A stretch of DNA of 64,000 bases from Spongospora subterranea f. sp. subterranea (Eukaryota), in assembly GCA_049724395.1 (NCBI GenBank), contig JAUGWO010000152.1:1-64000 (forward strand), read 5' to 3'. Of the stretch, positions 24,702 to 35,867 are shown piece after piece. Each line of letters opens with the position of its first letter. Position 1 is the first letter of the stretch. The position numbers were made by a program, and so were the translations under genes. The notes below the pieces were generated by a model that worked only from the letters and a program-made list of their open reading frames with translations, ran no database searches and was not told the DNA's origin.

Positions 24702-27700
24702 ATGACGCCCGGCCATCGTCGGGTCGCATATTATTACGACGGTAGGCTATTACTGGTTTCCGTAGTTTTGTGTAGCACCTCGTTTATAGAAAACGAAAGT
24801 GTTTTGAGTCGTTTCCGCAACAATTTGCCGTCGTGTTGCATTCTTCTTGGTTCCCGGTGACGTCATTCTATTCTCTAATTTCGTTGGCTAATTTTTGATT
24901 AAACGAAAAACTCTGGCTTTTGGAGCACATTAGGCTCTGTTGCGGCTGCCGCTCATCCTTGATTTTCGTAACCCCGGTTTAATTTTTACGCTTCGATGTT
25001 CCTGCTGTGTTGCGATAGTGATTACGCTGATTGCTCGTGTATCCCAGATGAAATCGGAAACTTTTATTACGGGCAGGGGCATCCAATGAAACCACATCGC
25101 ATCAGGATGACACATAATTTGTTATTAAACTACGGTCTTTACAAAAAAATGGACGTCTATGTAAGTCTGTCATTGCAATTGTTTTTCATCACCACGCGCT
25201 GCGATAACTTTTATTGCTTAACTCTTTGGTATGCAAAGCTTTCCTCCTTAATTTTAATGTTCGTGTTGTTGAAATTTGACAAAGGTTGCAATGTTCGTCG
25301 TTGCATGTGTTGACAGAATATGTTTTTCAGCGTCCATACCTAATGTCAGAAGAAGAGATGACAATGTTCCACGCCGACGACTACGTTCATTTTTTACAGC
25401 ACGTAACCCCCGACAGCCAGGGCGATTACACTCGTGAACTGGCTCGCTACAATGTTGATGTCGACTGCCCTGTGTTCGACGGGTTGTTCAAGTTTTGCCA
25501 ACTATCTGCCGGCGGCTCTGTGGGTGGCGCTTATAAGCTCAATCGGCAAGCAGCCGATATTGTTGTCAATTGGGCTGGTGGATTACATCATGTATGCTTT
25601 CAATTTTTTCTTTACTCAGTTTGATTTTTAATGTAGCGAATCATTTTTCACAATTTGCTGCTGTCTTTTCATCAATGATACTGCAAATTCTGAACAACTT
25701 TGTTTTCGTTTAATTGCATAATCTGCTCTGTCACTCGCTTTATAGTTTCTGTCTGGTTTACACTGTTTCGTGGCGGTTCTTTCATTTACTGTCCTTTTTT
25801 TTTTCAGTTTTTTCAATTTTCCAAAGGTGTGAGTTCAATCATTTCGCCTTTGTCACGTTGCTCCCGTCATATAAGCTTTTTTCTCATTGTTACATTCTCT
25901 AGGCAAAGAAAAGCGAAGCGAGCGGTTTTTGCTATGTGAACGATATTGTTCTAGCAATTCTTGAGCTGCTGAAACTCCATCAGCGGGTTCTCTACATCGA
26001 TATCGATATTCATCATGGTGATGGTGTCGAGGAGGCTTTCTACACCACAGATCGTGTCATGACTCTTTCATTTCACAAGTATGCCCATCTCTTTTTGATT
26101 CATTTCCTGTTTTTGCGCACTCGTTCCTTCAAAGATGATAAATACGTTGAATTCAACATATCAATGTTTTTTCAGTCGATCATATCGTGCACAATCTTTA
26201 ATCCATTTGTCTCATATCTGTTGATTTTTCTACATTTTCACGTGGCAGCTGATTAGCATCACCCTATGCCCCACCGGTCATAGTAATTGCTGCACAATTT
26301 GCATATATGGTGGATCAGTTTGCCATGTAGTGTTAATTTTGCTTTGTTTGCTCGTATCACAACGCTGTGATCTCGGTGACGCCCGCGCTCATTGCGTATT
26401 GTTTAGGTATGGAGAGTTCTTCCCTGGAACCGGTTCGGTACTGGACTGCGGCTACAAAGAGGGCAAAAACTACGCCTTAAACTTCCCTCTGCACGATGGG
26501 ATTGATGACGATACATACGAGAGCATATTTCAGGTCGGCACACCAGTTTGTTTACCTCTCTTATAGTCCTCGAGACACATATTTTCATTTTGCCTTTGGG
26601 GTTATTGCAGTTGTTTTGAATGTATCGTCTACGCACGGCTGCCCCAGACTGCGATTGTTTTTTTCCATTTATGCATTTCTGGGAATTATTTGGCCTTTGA
26701 CTTTTTCAAATAGCCGATTGTTCTTAAAGTTATGGAGGTATACAAACCCGAGGCCGTGGTGCTGCAATGCGGTGCCGATTCTTTGTCCGGTGATCGTCTT
26801 GGCTGTTTCAACCTATCCATTAAGGGTAACGTCTATGTCTCAGTCTATCGTTACTGCGGCCAATCTTTCTTCCTGCCGTTTCTGTTCCATATTACTCAAT
26901 CAATGTTTTTTCCTGTGATTATATGGTTTCAGTACTGACCTGTGATTATATGGTTTCAGTACTGATCTATTTGTTTGTTGTTTTTCTTTTTTGAAAGTAT
27001 GTCGCCATTTGATGCTTTACTTAAGCAATTCCTCAGGTCACGGGATGTGCGTTGAATATCTGAAATCGTTCAATGTACCTCTCCTAGTATTAGGAGGAGG
27101 AGGATATACAATCCGGAATGTTGCTCGCTGTTGGGCTTATGAAACGGGCGTATGTCTTGGCGAGCAGCTCGATAATCAGGTCAACATCGATTGTAATGAC
27201 CTGTTGTTTCGGCATTAAATTGGTTGTACACTACAGATTCCCTACAACGAGTATTACGAATACTATGGGCCCAATTACACGCTTCACTTAAACCCAACCA
27301 ACATGGAAAATCAGGTCTAATACCCCATTTTGTCCCCTATGTTTGATGATTTTGAGTTTTTATCTGTACGCTGGAGTTTTGGTTTCGATTCGGTTATGTC
27401 CAGTACCGTGTTATTTTCTTTGCAAGTATTCTGCGCTGTTCATTAACCAACATTCTTATAGAACACGTCTGCCTATCTGGAGCGCAATAAAATTGCTCTA
27501 TTTGAGTGCTTACGAGATATTCAATCTGCCCCATCGGTCCAGTTCCATGAAGGCGGCAGGGATTTCGTGCCTGGTGGCCCCCAGGCACCATCTTCAGCGG
27601 AAATGGCTGAAGACAACGATCCAGATCAACGGACGCCTTCCTATCTGGTCGATCAATGTGTAGAAAGGGTTAATGAATTCTACGATGCGCCCTTCTATGG

Positions 27701-27719
27701 CAACGCGTCGCTAATGTAA
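24702..27719 (+). CDS. RPD3: Class I histone deacetylase (RPD3/HDAC1-like), 9 exons
   Basis: Approximate exons 24702-24741, 25048-25160, 25331-25591, 25903-26078, 26407-26532, 26714-26825, 27037-27179, 27237-27314, 27462-27719. Motifs [55 protein letters not shown]. Confidence 0.96.
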
Positions 27720-28210
27720 CAAACCCGTCGTTACATAAAAACGCATTTTCTTAATCTTCCAAACCGCCTTTTGATTCGTGATGGACCTGGTGATATCTGC
27801 CATGTTTGACACACGGCATTCAGAGAAATCTGAGATAGACGACGGTTCTGTCCTTCTTGACGAAATAGCGTGAATCAAACCCATCTTACTATTAACATTC
27901 CCAAGCGGTGCTGCCAGTTATTTGAAGCCCTTTTACTTATTGCGAATACTTCAAATGTAAAAACAGTTGCAGGCCCCGCTGCACTCTGTCTTCGATGAAA
28001 CTTTTACATAGAATATGTATGTGTAAATTCTCGCTTATCATAAAAAGAAAGCGATAATTGAGATCACTCTACCATTTGCACTTCCTCTGTCCAAATCTTC
28101 AAAGAAGAATGGATGAAAAAATATTGGAGAATGGGGTAGTCGAAACCCCGACCTCGTCGTTGCTAACGACGCGTGATGACCAACTACACCAATTCCCCAG
28201 TCGCTGTATT

Positions 28211-31200
28211 TTACAGATGCGCAAGAAGGTTGATAGCGAACTAAACTTTATTAAGTTCCTTGGGAGAGTCATTAGAGTGTACTCTCTCTGTTAAGTAATG
28301 ATGGTCTTCATATGTTAGCGCATAGTCTGATACGCTCCCTGGCTAACTGAATGTAGAAAACCATAATTCGTCAGGAAAACCTTGAGCCTTTTGAAGATTC
28401 TTTCATTTAAAGGCTTCGTAAGTATATCGGCAACCATATTATTCGTCGGGACGTACTGTACGTCAATCCTTTGTTCTTTAATCATGTCTCGAACGTAATG
28501 GTATTGGATATCTATATGCTTCGATCTTTGACTGGAGCAGTCGTTCTTTTCGATAAATAACGCTCCTTGGTTGTCCTGATATAACATTGTTTTTGGCACT
28601 TGTTTCAGCAGCCTGAGCTCAATCAAAAGATCTTGTAGCCAAATAACTTCTTTAGTTGCGGAACATGCTGCTATATATTCGGCTTCCGTCGTCGATAATG
28701 CGATGCATCCTTGCTTTTTGGATTTCCAAATAATCGGATTTTCACCCAATGTTATCAAGATTCCAGTTACTGATCTGCGATCGTTTGGGTCGGGTCCATA
28801 ACTGCTATCCGCCCATGAAATAATCTCCAAAGGGTTCGACTTGAACAGAATGCCTTCATTAGCGGTCCCCTTCAGATATTTGATGATCCTTTGAGTAGCA
28901 TGCCACAACGTTTTCGTCGGTTTTGAAATATGTCGGCTGATGTTGTTTACGGCGTATGCGATGTCAGGCCTTGTTGCGTTTGCCAGATACTGTAGGCATC
29001 CTATCGCCTCTCGAATTGGATATTGATTTGTTTCCTCGTCATCATCGCCTGCCTCATATGGCTTCGTCATTGGTGTCGATGCATGCTTGCAATGTTCTCG
29101 TGTCGATACGTTGCGATGACTTCCCTGATGTATCTTGTTTGTGTCAGTAATATTCCGTTGTTCGGGTATGATAATTCCATGCCGAGAAAATTCTTCGCGA
29201 TACCTAGATCCTTCATTCGGAAAGATCTAGCGAGAACTTGTGAGACTTTTGATATTTCGTCTTGATCATCTCCCGTGATTAGAAGATCGTCGACATATAT
29301 CGCGATCATGGTAATCTGATTCCTGCAACTGCTCTTGTACCATAGACACGGTTCTTTTCTCGACTGCGTGAAGTTGATCGATCTGATTTTGTCAAACAAC
29401 GTCTTCTGCCACTGTCGCCCCGCTTGCTTCAGACCGTAGAGGGCTTTCTTCAGCAAACATAACTTGTTCTCCGCTCCCGGTTTCTCAAACCCTTCGGGTT
29501 GAAGCATGTAGATACTTTCGTCCAATGGGGCGTTCAAATAGGCAGTAGTAAAGTCCTTTTGAAAGATCTTCCATTTCTTATGTGTGGCAGTTGCTAACAG
29601 GACTCGTAATGATGTGTGAGCTAGTACCGAAGAAAAGGTCTCGTCGTAGTCGACTCCGAATCTTTGGGAGTATCCTTTAGCGACATAACGTGCCTTGTGC
29701 TGCATCTGTCCTGCTGCATCAGTCTTCTCGGTAAAAACCCACCTGCCAGTGATCGGCTTGATATCATCTGGTGGATCCACGAGCGTCCATGTCTGATTCT
29801 GCTCGTGTGCCGTCATTTCTTTAAACGCAGCTTGATACCATTGTTGGGCCTCAGGAGTCTTCATCGCTTCTTTGAACGACTTCGGTAGTTTCTGACTAAT
29901 GGTGTTGTTGGTAGCATACACGAATTCGTCAATGATCTCCATTTGCTCATGATTGTCCTCATCTCGAGTTCGTTGTTGATCGGTGAATTGACTTTCATTG
30001 AATGTCACAGCGTGTCGAATCAAAATTCTTTTGTCGGCAAATCGTTGTAACACGTAACCTTTTTGATATTGAGGGTAACCCAGGAAGATGCATTTCTCAG
30101 CTGTGGAATCAATGCTTGTTCTGAACGACTTGTCGATATTTGCCCAAGCAATACATCCAAATCTTCGTAATTGCTCGACTTCGGGGGTTTGGTTACACCA
30201 TAATTCGTATGGCGTCTTCCACTGAATTCTTTTTGTTGGTAATCTGTTCAGGGTGAAAACAGCATAGCGAACAGCAAACGTCCAGTAAGAGTTTGGGAGA
30301 TTTGACTCTGTCAGAACGCATCGTGCCATCTGCATGATCGTGAGGTTTCGGCGCTCCGCTTGTCCATTCTGTTGCGGGCAATACGGGACCGTTCTCTGGT
30401 GTTTAATCCCTTTTTGTAGTAGGAAGACGCTCATCAAATTATTTACATATTCACCGCCTCCATCAGTTAGAAGGGTCGTCATACGTTCCTTGGTTTTCGC
30501 TTGTGCGTCTGTCATGAACCGTTGTAGAGCATCAAGTACTTCCTCGGCACTCTTTGTTTTCAGAAACGTGATCCAGGTCCATGTTGAAAACAGGCAATTA
30601 AAAGTGATATAATATCTATAGCCTTCAGGGCCTGGTTCCAAAAATGGTCCTTTCAAATCGGAAGAGACAATTTCGTATTGCCTCGTTGGCTTCGTCCGAC
30701 GCTCTTCGGGGAACGGTTTTCGTCTCGATTTGTTCTGCGCACAGGTGTCGCAGAATGGACGTTCTTCTCCAGTGATTTTTATACCAACCGTCGATTCCCC
30801 TATGTTCTTCAATCGTTCGTCCGATGCGTGGCCAAATCGATGGTGTGCTTGTTCAAGAGTAATTGTCTCGAATGCATTCATTGTCGGACTCTTCAGTGGC
30901 GCTATTGTGTACAGACCATTCTTCATCTTCGCCGTCAAGATGGTCTCTCCATCTGCAGTCTTGACGTGCATATGGTCTTTGATGACGATGGTCAGGCCTA
31001 ATTTGGTAAGGGTATGTGCCGATATTAGCGTATTTGTCGCGCTTGGCACGTACAGGACATTGGGTAGAGTGATCAACGGCTCTGTTGATAGTACCAAAGT
31101 ACCTTTTCCCGCTGCCTTGATAACCTGGCCATTGCATGCCTGTATAAAGACCGGTTTCGTCAGCCTTTGATAATTCTGGAGAATCGCTCGGTCTTTCGTT

Positions 31201-32416
31201 ATGGAAACATTCGCTCCACTATCAATGAGAAATCCATCTACAGCACTAGCGTTGCTGAAAGTTACAACGCGGAATCCCTTGAATTCATCTGGGTCGGTAA
31301 AATTTGCCAAAACCGCCGATGATTTGGTGCGGTTCTTCTCCTTCTCTTTAAGCCAGTCTGGCTTTAATTCAGGATGCAGGTGCCAGCATTCACGATTGTC
31401 GTGGCCGTCCTGTGAGCACTTTGTGCAATGCTTCTTCTTTCTTTGTCCATTTGTTTTCTTCCGCAACGTCTTTAATGCTTTAAGCTCCGGTGTCTGCGCG
31501 TCGTCGCTGGATTTTGGCTTGTTGCCAATCTTTTCGCGTTCTGTCGCGAGCAATAGATTCGTCAGCTTCGCGATCGTCTTGATCTCTGAAGCTCGAGCTG
31601 CCGCTTTGGCTTGTTCGTAATCTTGTGAGAGGCCGTGCAGGGCCTTCGCACATAGCGCTATTTCGCCCATGTTGATGCCTAGCGTGATGAGGTCATGATA
31701 CGTCTCAATCAAGCGGTCTAGGTAGATCTTCACTGTCTCGGTGGAACTTTTCTTGTCCTCGATGAACTTTACGAATTTTGTAGAAGCTTGAGCATCTTTC
31801 TTCTCGTCATAGATTTCACACAATTTTGCCCATACGTCCTTGGTATAGCGACATGATGCAATTTGCTTGTATGCAAGTTGAGAAAGTCTCATAGTAACTT
31901 CTGCGTAAGCGATTCGGTCGTTTCTTATCTCGGCCGTTGATGTGCCTGGTAAAAATTCGAGGTAAGTTTCGATGCCCATGCGGATAAACTGTGTTTCCAG
32001 TTTCCTTCTGAAAATTTCCCAATTTTTTCCATTGAATTCGGGAATTAGATTCAAACCAGTTGCGTACTGCTGAAGATTAACTTCTGTCTGCAGAAGATGA
32101 ACACTTTCTATGTGTCCCGTTGTTTCGCTAGATCTTACTTGGCCTTGCTCTCCTTGGGCAACTGCTGGTTGATCTGCGTGTTCATGCTCTTCTTGAGCGT
32201 CATTGGTTTCTGCCCGACGGACGCGTCTTGCCGTCCTTTCATCGTCGGACATGGTTCACTTGATCCTGAGCTTCGAGAGCTGGGACTCTTAATCTTACAG
32301 ATGCGCAAGAAGGTTGATAGCGAACTAAACTTTATTAAGTTCCTTCGGAGAGTCATTAGAGTGTACTCTCTCTGTTAAGTAATGATGGTCTTCATATGTT
32401 AGCGCATAGTCTGATA
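28211..32416 (-). mobile_element. Full-length Ty1/Copia LTR retrotransposon (family A), 4206 bp
   Basis: LTRs 28211-28332 and 32295-32416 (122 bp, one mismatch seen). 5-bp TSD GTATT at 28206-28210 and 32417-32421. PBS 32281-32294; PPT AGGGAGCG next to 28333. Confidence 0.97.
28315..32252 (-). CDS. Copia gag-pol polyprotein (gag, protease, integrase, RT, RNase H), one frameshift at about 29092
   Basis: CTKCSQDGHDNREC; FLIDSGA; HHRFGH..CDTC; DLKGP; TDGGGEY; QNGQAERRN; YVDD; TEAEY..DNQ..ADILTKPL. The integrase-before-RT order is diagnostic of Copia. Confidence 0.95.
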
Positions 32417-32421
32417 GTATT

Positions 32422-33195
32422 TTTCAATATATGAACACTTCTACCCCTTTACTACCGTACCTAATATGATCCTACCAATCGTAATACATTCTTCCCAATA
32501 TTCTGGTCAACAGTTCTGATCTATATTACGAACACCATCTGTTAGATTAAGAGTCCCAACTCCACCAAGTTGCGCGAATTAGAGCTCATTGACACAGAAA
32601 GGGGTAGTCCAGCGTAAAGCCAACGCAAGAGACACCACCACCATGACCCGCCACAGCAGAGACGAGGTCAACAACACCACCTGCGGCAACAGCCAGCCAG
32701 AGCGACGATGGGAGTCGACAAGATCGACAACAATTCACCCGTTAAGGAAGGAGGTGGACACCACCAATATAACGGCGGCCTAAATCTGATCCCAGAGTTT
32801 GACGGCACAAACTGGGACACTTTCAAACGGAAGGTTGAGACCCAACTCATCCGAATGGATATAGACTCGTATTTGCACCACGAGCCTAACGCTGAATCTT
32901 CAACAGAGCGAACGCAACGATCGCGCAGCGTTAGCCGAAATCAGCATGCGCCTGGCACAGGTGCAGTATAAGCAGGTCAGCCATTGTGCAGCAACAGCAC
33001 AACTATGGAGAACACTCCAAGATATATACGATGAAACTAAAGAGGCGAAATCACGGGCCTTATTCATCGAATTCATTGAGGCGCAAAAGCAGCCATGTGA
33101 GACGATGAAGGCTTACCTGGACCGACTCGTTTCAAAATACCACGACATGATCACACTGGAGATCAAGATCGGAGAACTAGCATTCTGTGCGAATA
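32422..33195 (+). mobile_element. Copia family B 5' fragment: LTR (32422-32544), PBS (32545-32558), truncated gag
   Basis: Near-identical to 9926-10455; gag continues 'MRLAQVQYKQVSHC..YLDRLVSKYHDM..IGELAFCA' and then stops matching. Confidence 0.9.
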
Positions 33196-33879
33196 AGTAT
33201 TGCCTTATATACATTGAAATTGGAACCAAGAACCTAATTAATCATTGAACCCAACAAAGCTCTGAGGGAAAAGAATGATTTCATGGATTAAGAGCCATTG
33301 CACATATATCCTGAATAAGAGAATTTCTCCTATGTAAATGAAGATTTATATCGGCCGTTTGTCCTTGCAAAGCATGAGAAACCGTCCAAGGTGAAGGGTC
33401 AACAGACACCAAGCCGATTCGTTCACACTACTTGCGCTGATACTGATGATGTCATTGACAGTGTTCAATTACAGATGGACACGATGAACCGTTGCTCCAT
33501 TTTGCCGGTTTACGATGTCAACAAGAACATCCTGTCCCTCTGGAAAAATAAACTCCAAGACACGTGAGATTCGACCTGAGCGATATGAGCCCCATATATC
33601 TTATATAATGTCCTCAAATACTAAGATCAGATCGATTGCGAAAACTACATCAAACGCATCGTTCGTTCCTCAATACATCGGCCATAATTCGCCTCTCAGC
33701 CTTCCGCTTTGGTCCATTAGCCGTCCTAAGTATGTGGAGCACATTGACCATCAGGATACTGGTACATTGATGATGTCGGAAAGGTCAATGGGTGCCCCGG
33801 TTGGCCGGCTGGTTTCAATCAGAAACATGACCGGGGTTGTCGCCATGATCAAGGGAATCTGACGACCCACGGATCAGCA

Positions 33880-35240
33880 TATACATTGGATCTGTCTCAG
33901 ATTACAATCAATCGTTCACGGTCGGTCATCGTGTTTCTGTCTCAGCTCCGCCCCTCAAAGACTGCCCCAATTCATGTCAAATACGATCGCGCCCCAAATC
34001 CCCCTCGTGAAGATATCCCTGGGCGATCGGCTGGTTTCAGGGGCCAACTTGTCTTACGGGCTGATCTGGTCGTGGGCTATATTGGTCGGCGCTTGCGTCC
34101 TGGTCACCTATCGCCTGTGTTCGATGGGATTAGCCAGATCGATTACTCACACGATTGTTTCAGGTGGAATTTACTATTAAGCAAATCAAAGCGTTCACAA
34201 ACTGAGTTCGTTTTTGCGCCATGATATCGCTTCTCAACTGATCCCCCTCTCGGTTCCGTCGAGAATGTCGCCCAGAATAATCGACCCGTAATACTGTTTG
34301 GTGGATTGGGAAGATCGTGCCCATCTTCCTAATAATATGTAGTTTTCAGCCGAAACGCACGAGTATTTCATTGCAGATTAGTTTTGACATCCCATTGAAC
34401 GTCGCCGATTGTTTGCTCGTGGTCATCACCTTTGTGGGAATTTTTTTAAGGTTTTTCGTTGATGGTGTGTCGCCATGATCAGTATTGGTGAGCGCCTATT
34501 CCCCATACGTTGGCCAGAGCTGGTCGGGCTGTTGCGACCAGAAGGACGTCCACATTCAACGGTGTAATCCTGACGCTATTGAAGGGACTGAACACGCTGC
34601 CGATCGTGCTATGGCCAATCTGGCGCCGGACGCAATCCCGGCGATCGCATCGACCTGTTCATGATCGCTGGTAATGATCTTGTCAAATGAGGAACAGGTG
34701 GTTCAGTTCATCTCGAAGGTGGTCGGCGAATTGCGAGGCCGATGAGACCAATGGGGGTCGGCAATGATTGTGTCCTGTGGAGAATGGCCATAATATAGTC
34801 TGAATTGAGATCCCAAACAGCGATAACAGGTGCCGTACTCGAGATTCTTGTCCGAAACTTGTTCACGACAAAATTTCAGATATCATTGAAGGAACATCAT
34901 TGGTAATTTCATTTATCACATGATAAATGAATTCTCTTTGTTCATTGCAACAATCGCCTGGGGTATTCTCTATTGCGGGATCGGGTTCTGATTGCCAACA
35001 TCACGATCGTGATCATTGGGTGTGAATCGCCCCATATCAACGAGCGACGGGCAAGCGAGAGCAATTCGCATGACGTGTAGGACCTTATCATGGTCAGACT
35101 TTTACCAACCAGAGCGTTGCCACCGTTGTCGCCAACTTCGTTTGCCGTTTCGATGCCATCGTTTCCCTGTTCGAATGAGCCAAACCAGGTGTGTTCGGAT
35201 CGGGGCCGACTACGATAACAAAACAATGACATGGGTCTCG
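33880..35240 (+). pseudogene. Possible fragmented membrane-protein gene(s)
   Basis: Several hydrophobic segments ('YGLIWSWAILVGACVLVTYRL', 'FDIPLNVADCLLVVITFVG', 'LIANITIVIIG'), but no clean exon chain could be built. Confidence 0.25.
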
Positions 35241-35867
35241 TTTATCGCAACGAATTGACAGTGAAAATGGAATTCTCAGCGTTTTTTTCCCGGTGATTCT
35301 CTGTAATTGGTTCAAACCATGAACGATGAGTGGCGATCCCGGCGATGACCCCATTCGATAATGCTGAGCGAGAAACCATGCAGATCGTATTGAATCATGT
35401 TGATCGCCACGACTTTTTACGGTTCCATGGCCCATTTCATCAAACAATCATTGAAACAGGGGTCGTTAGCTGTCCTTGAAGTATAAATCGGGGAGGTGGC
35501 GGGAGATAAAACGCACACAAACTATATGGTCGATGAGTTTGTTGACGAGGAACGAGTTTCAATGGCATGTAACCGGTACCAAGCATCAAGACGCCCACAA
35601 AGATATCAATACCTAAATGTTCACAATATTTGTTGTAACTGTGATCAACAACAAAAATTTCCTGGTTTCGCTACACCAATCAGGTTAGACGATTCGCTTG
35701 AACCCGGTCTACGATGAGAATATCGGAGAAGGAGATAACCAGCACGATGCACTATTTTTTATATAAATAGCGACTGAAACCGTGTAGACCGCTGATTGAG
35801 AGTGGCCCCGATGGTGTGGATGGTGATGTGAATTGAACCGATTAGACATGAGCGATTAACAATTGAC

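Noticed and set aside
26913..26965. 27-bp tandem duplication in an HDAC intron
   Set aside because: It is an ordinary local slippage duplication with no evident function.
29067..29100. Programmed ribosomal frameshift in pol
   Set aside because: The shift is inside RT, has no slippery heptamer, and is fully explained by a 2-nt insertion.
29664..31620. Plus-strand ORFs within the Copia element
   Set aside because: They are antisense shadows of gag-pol with no recognisable motifs.
32270..32300. tRNA-Lys gene
   Set aside because: Only about 14-19 nt of the anticodon region match; there is no T arm or acceptor stem. It is a PBS.
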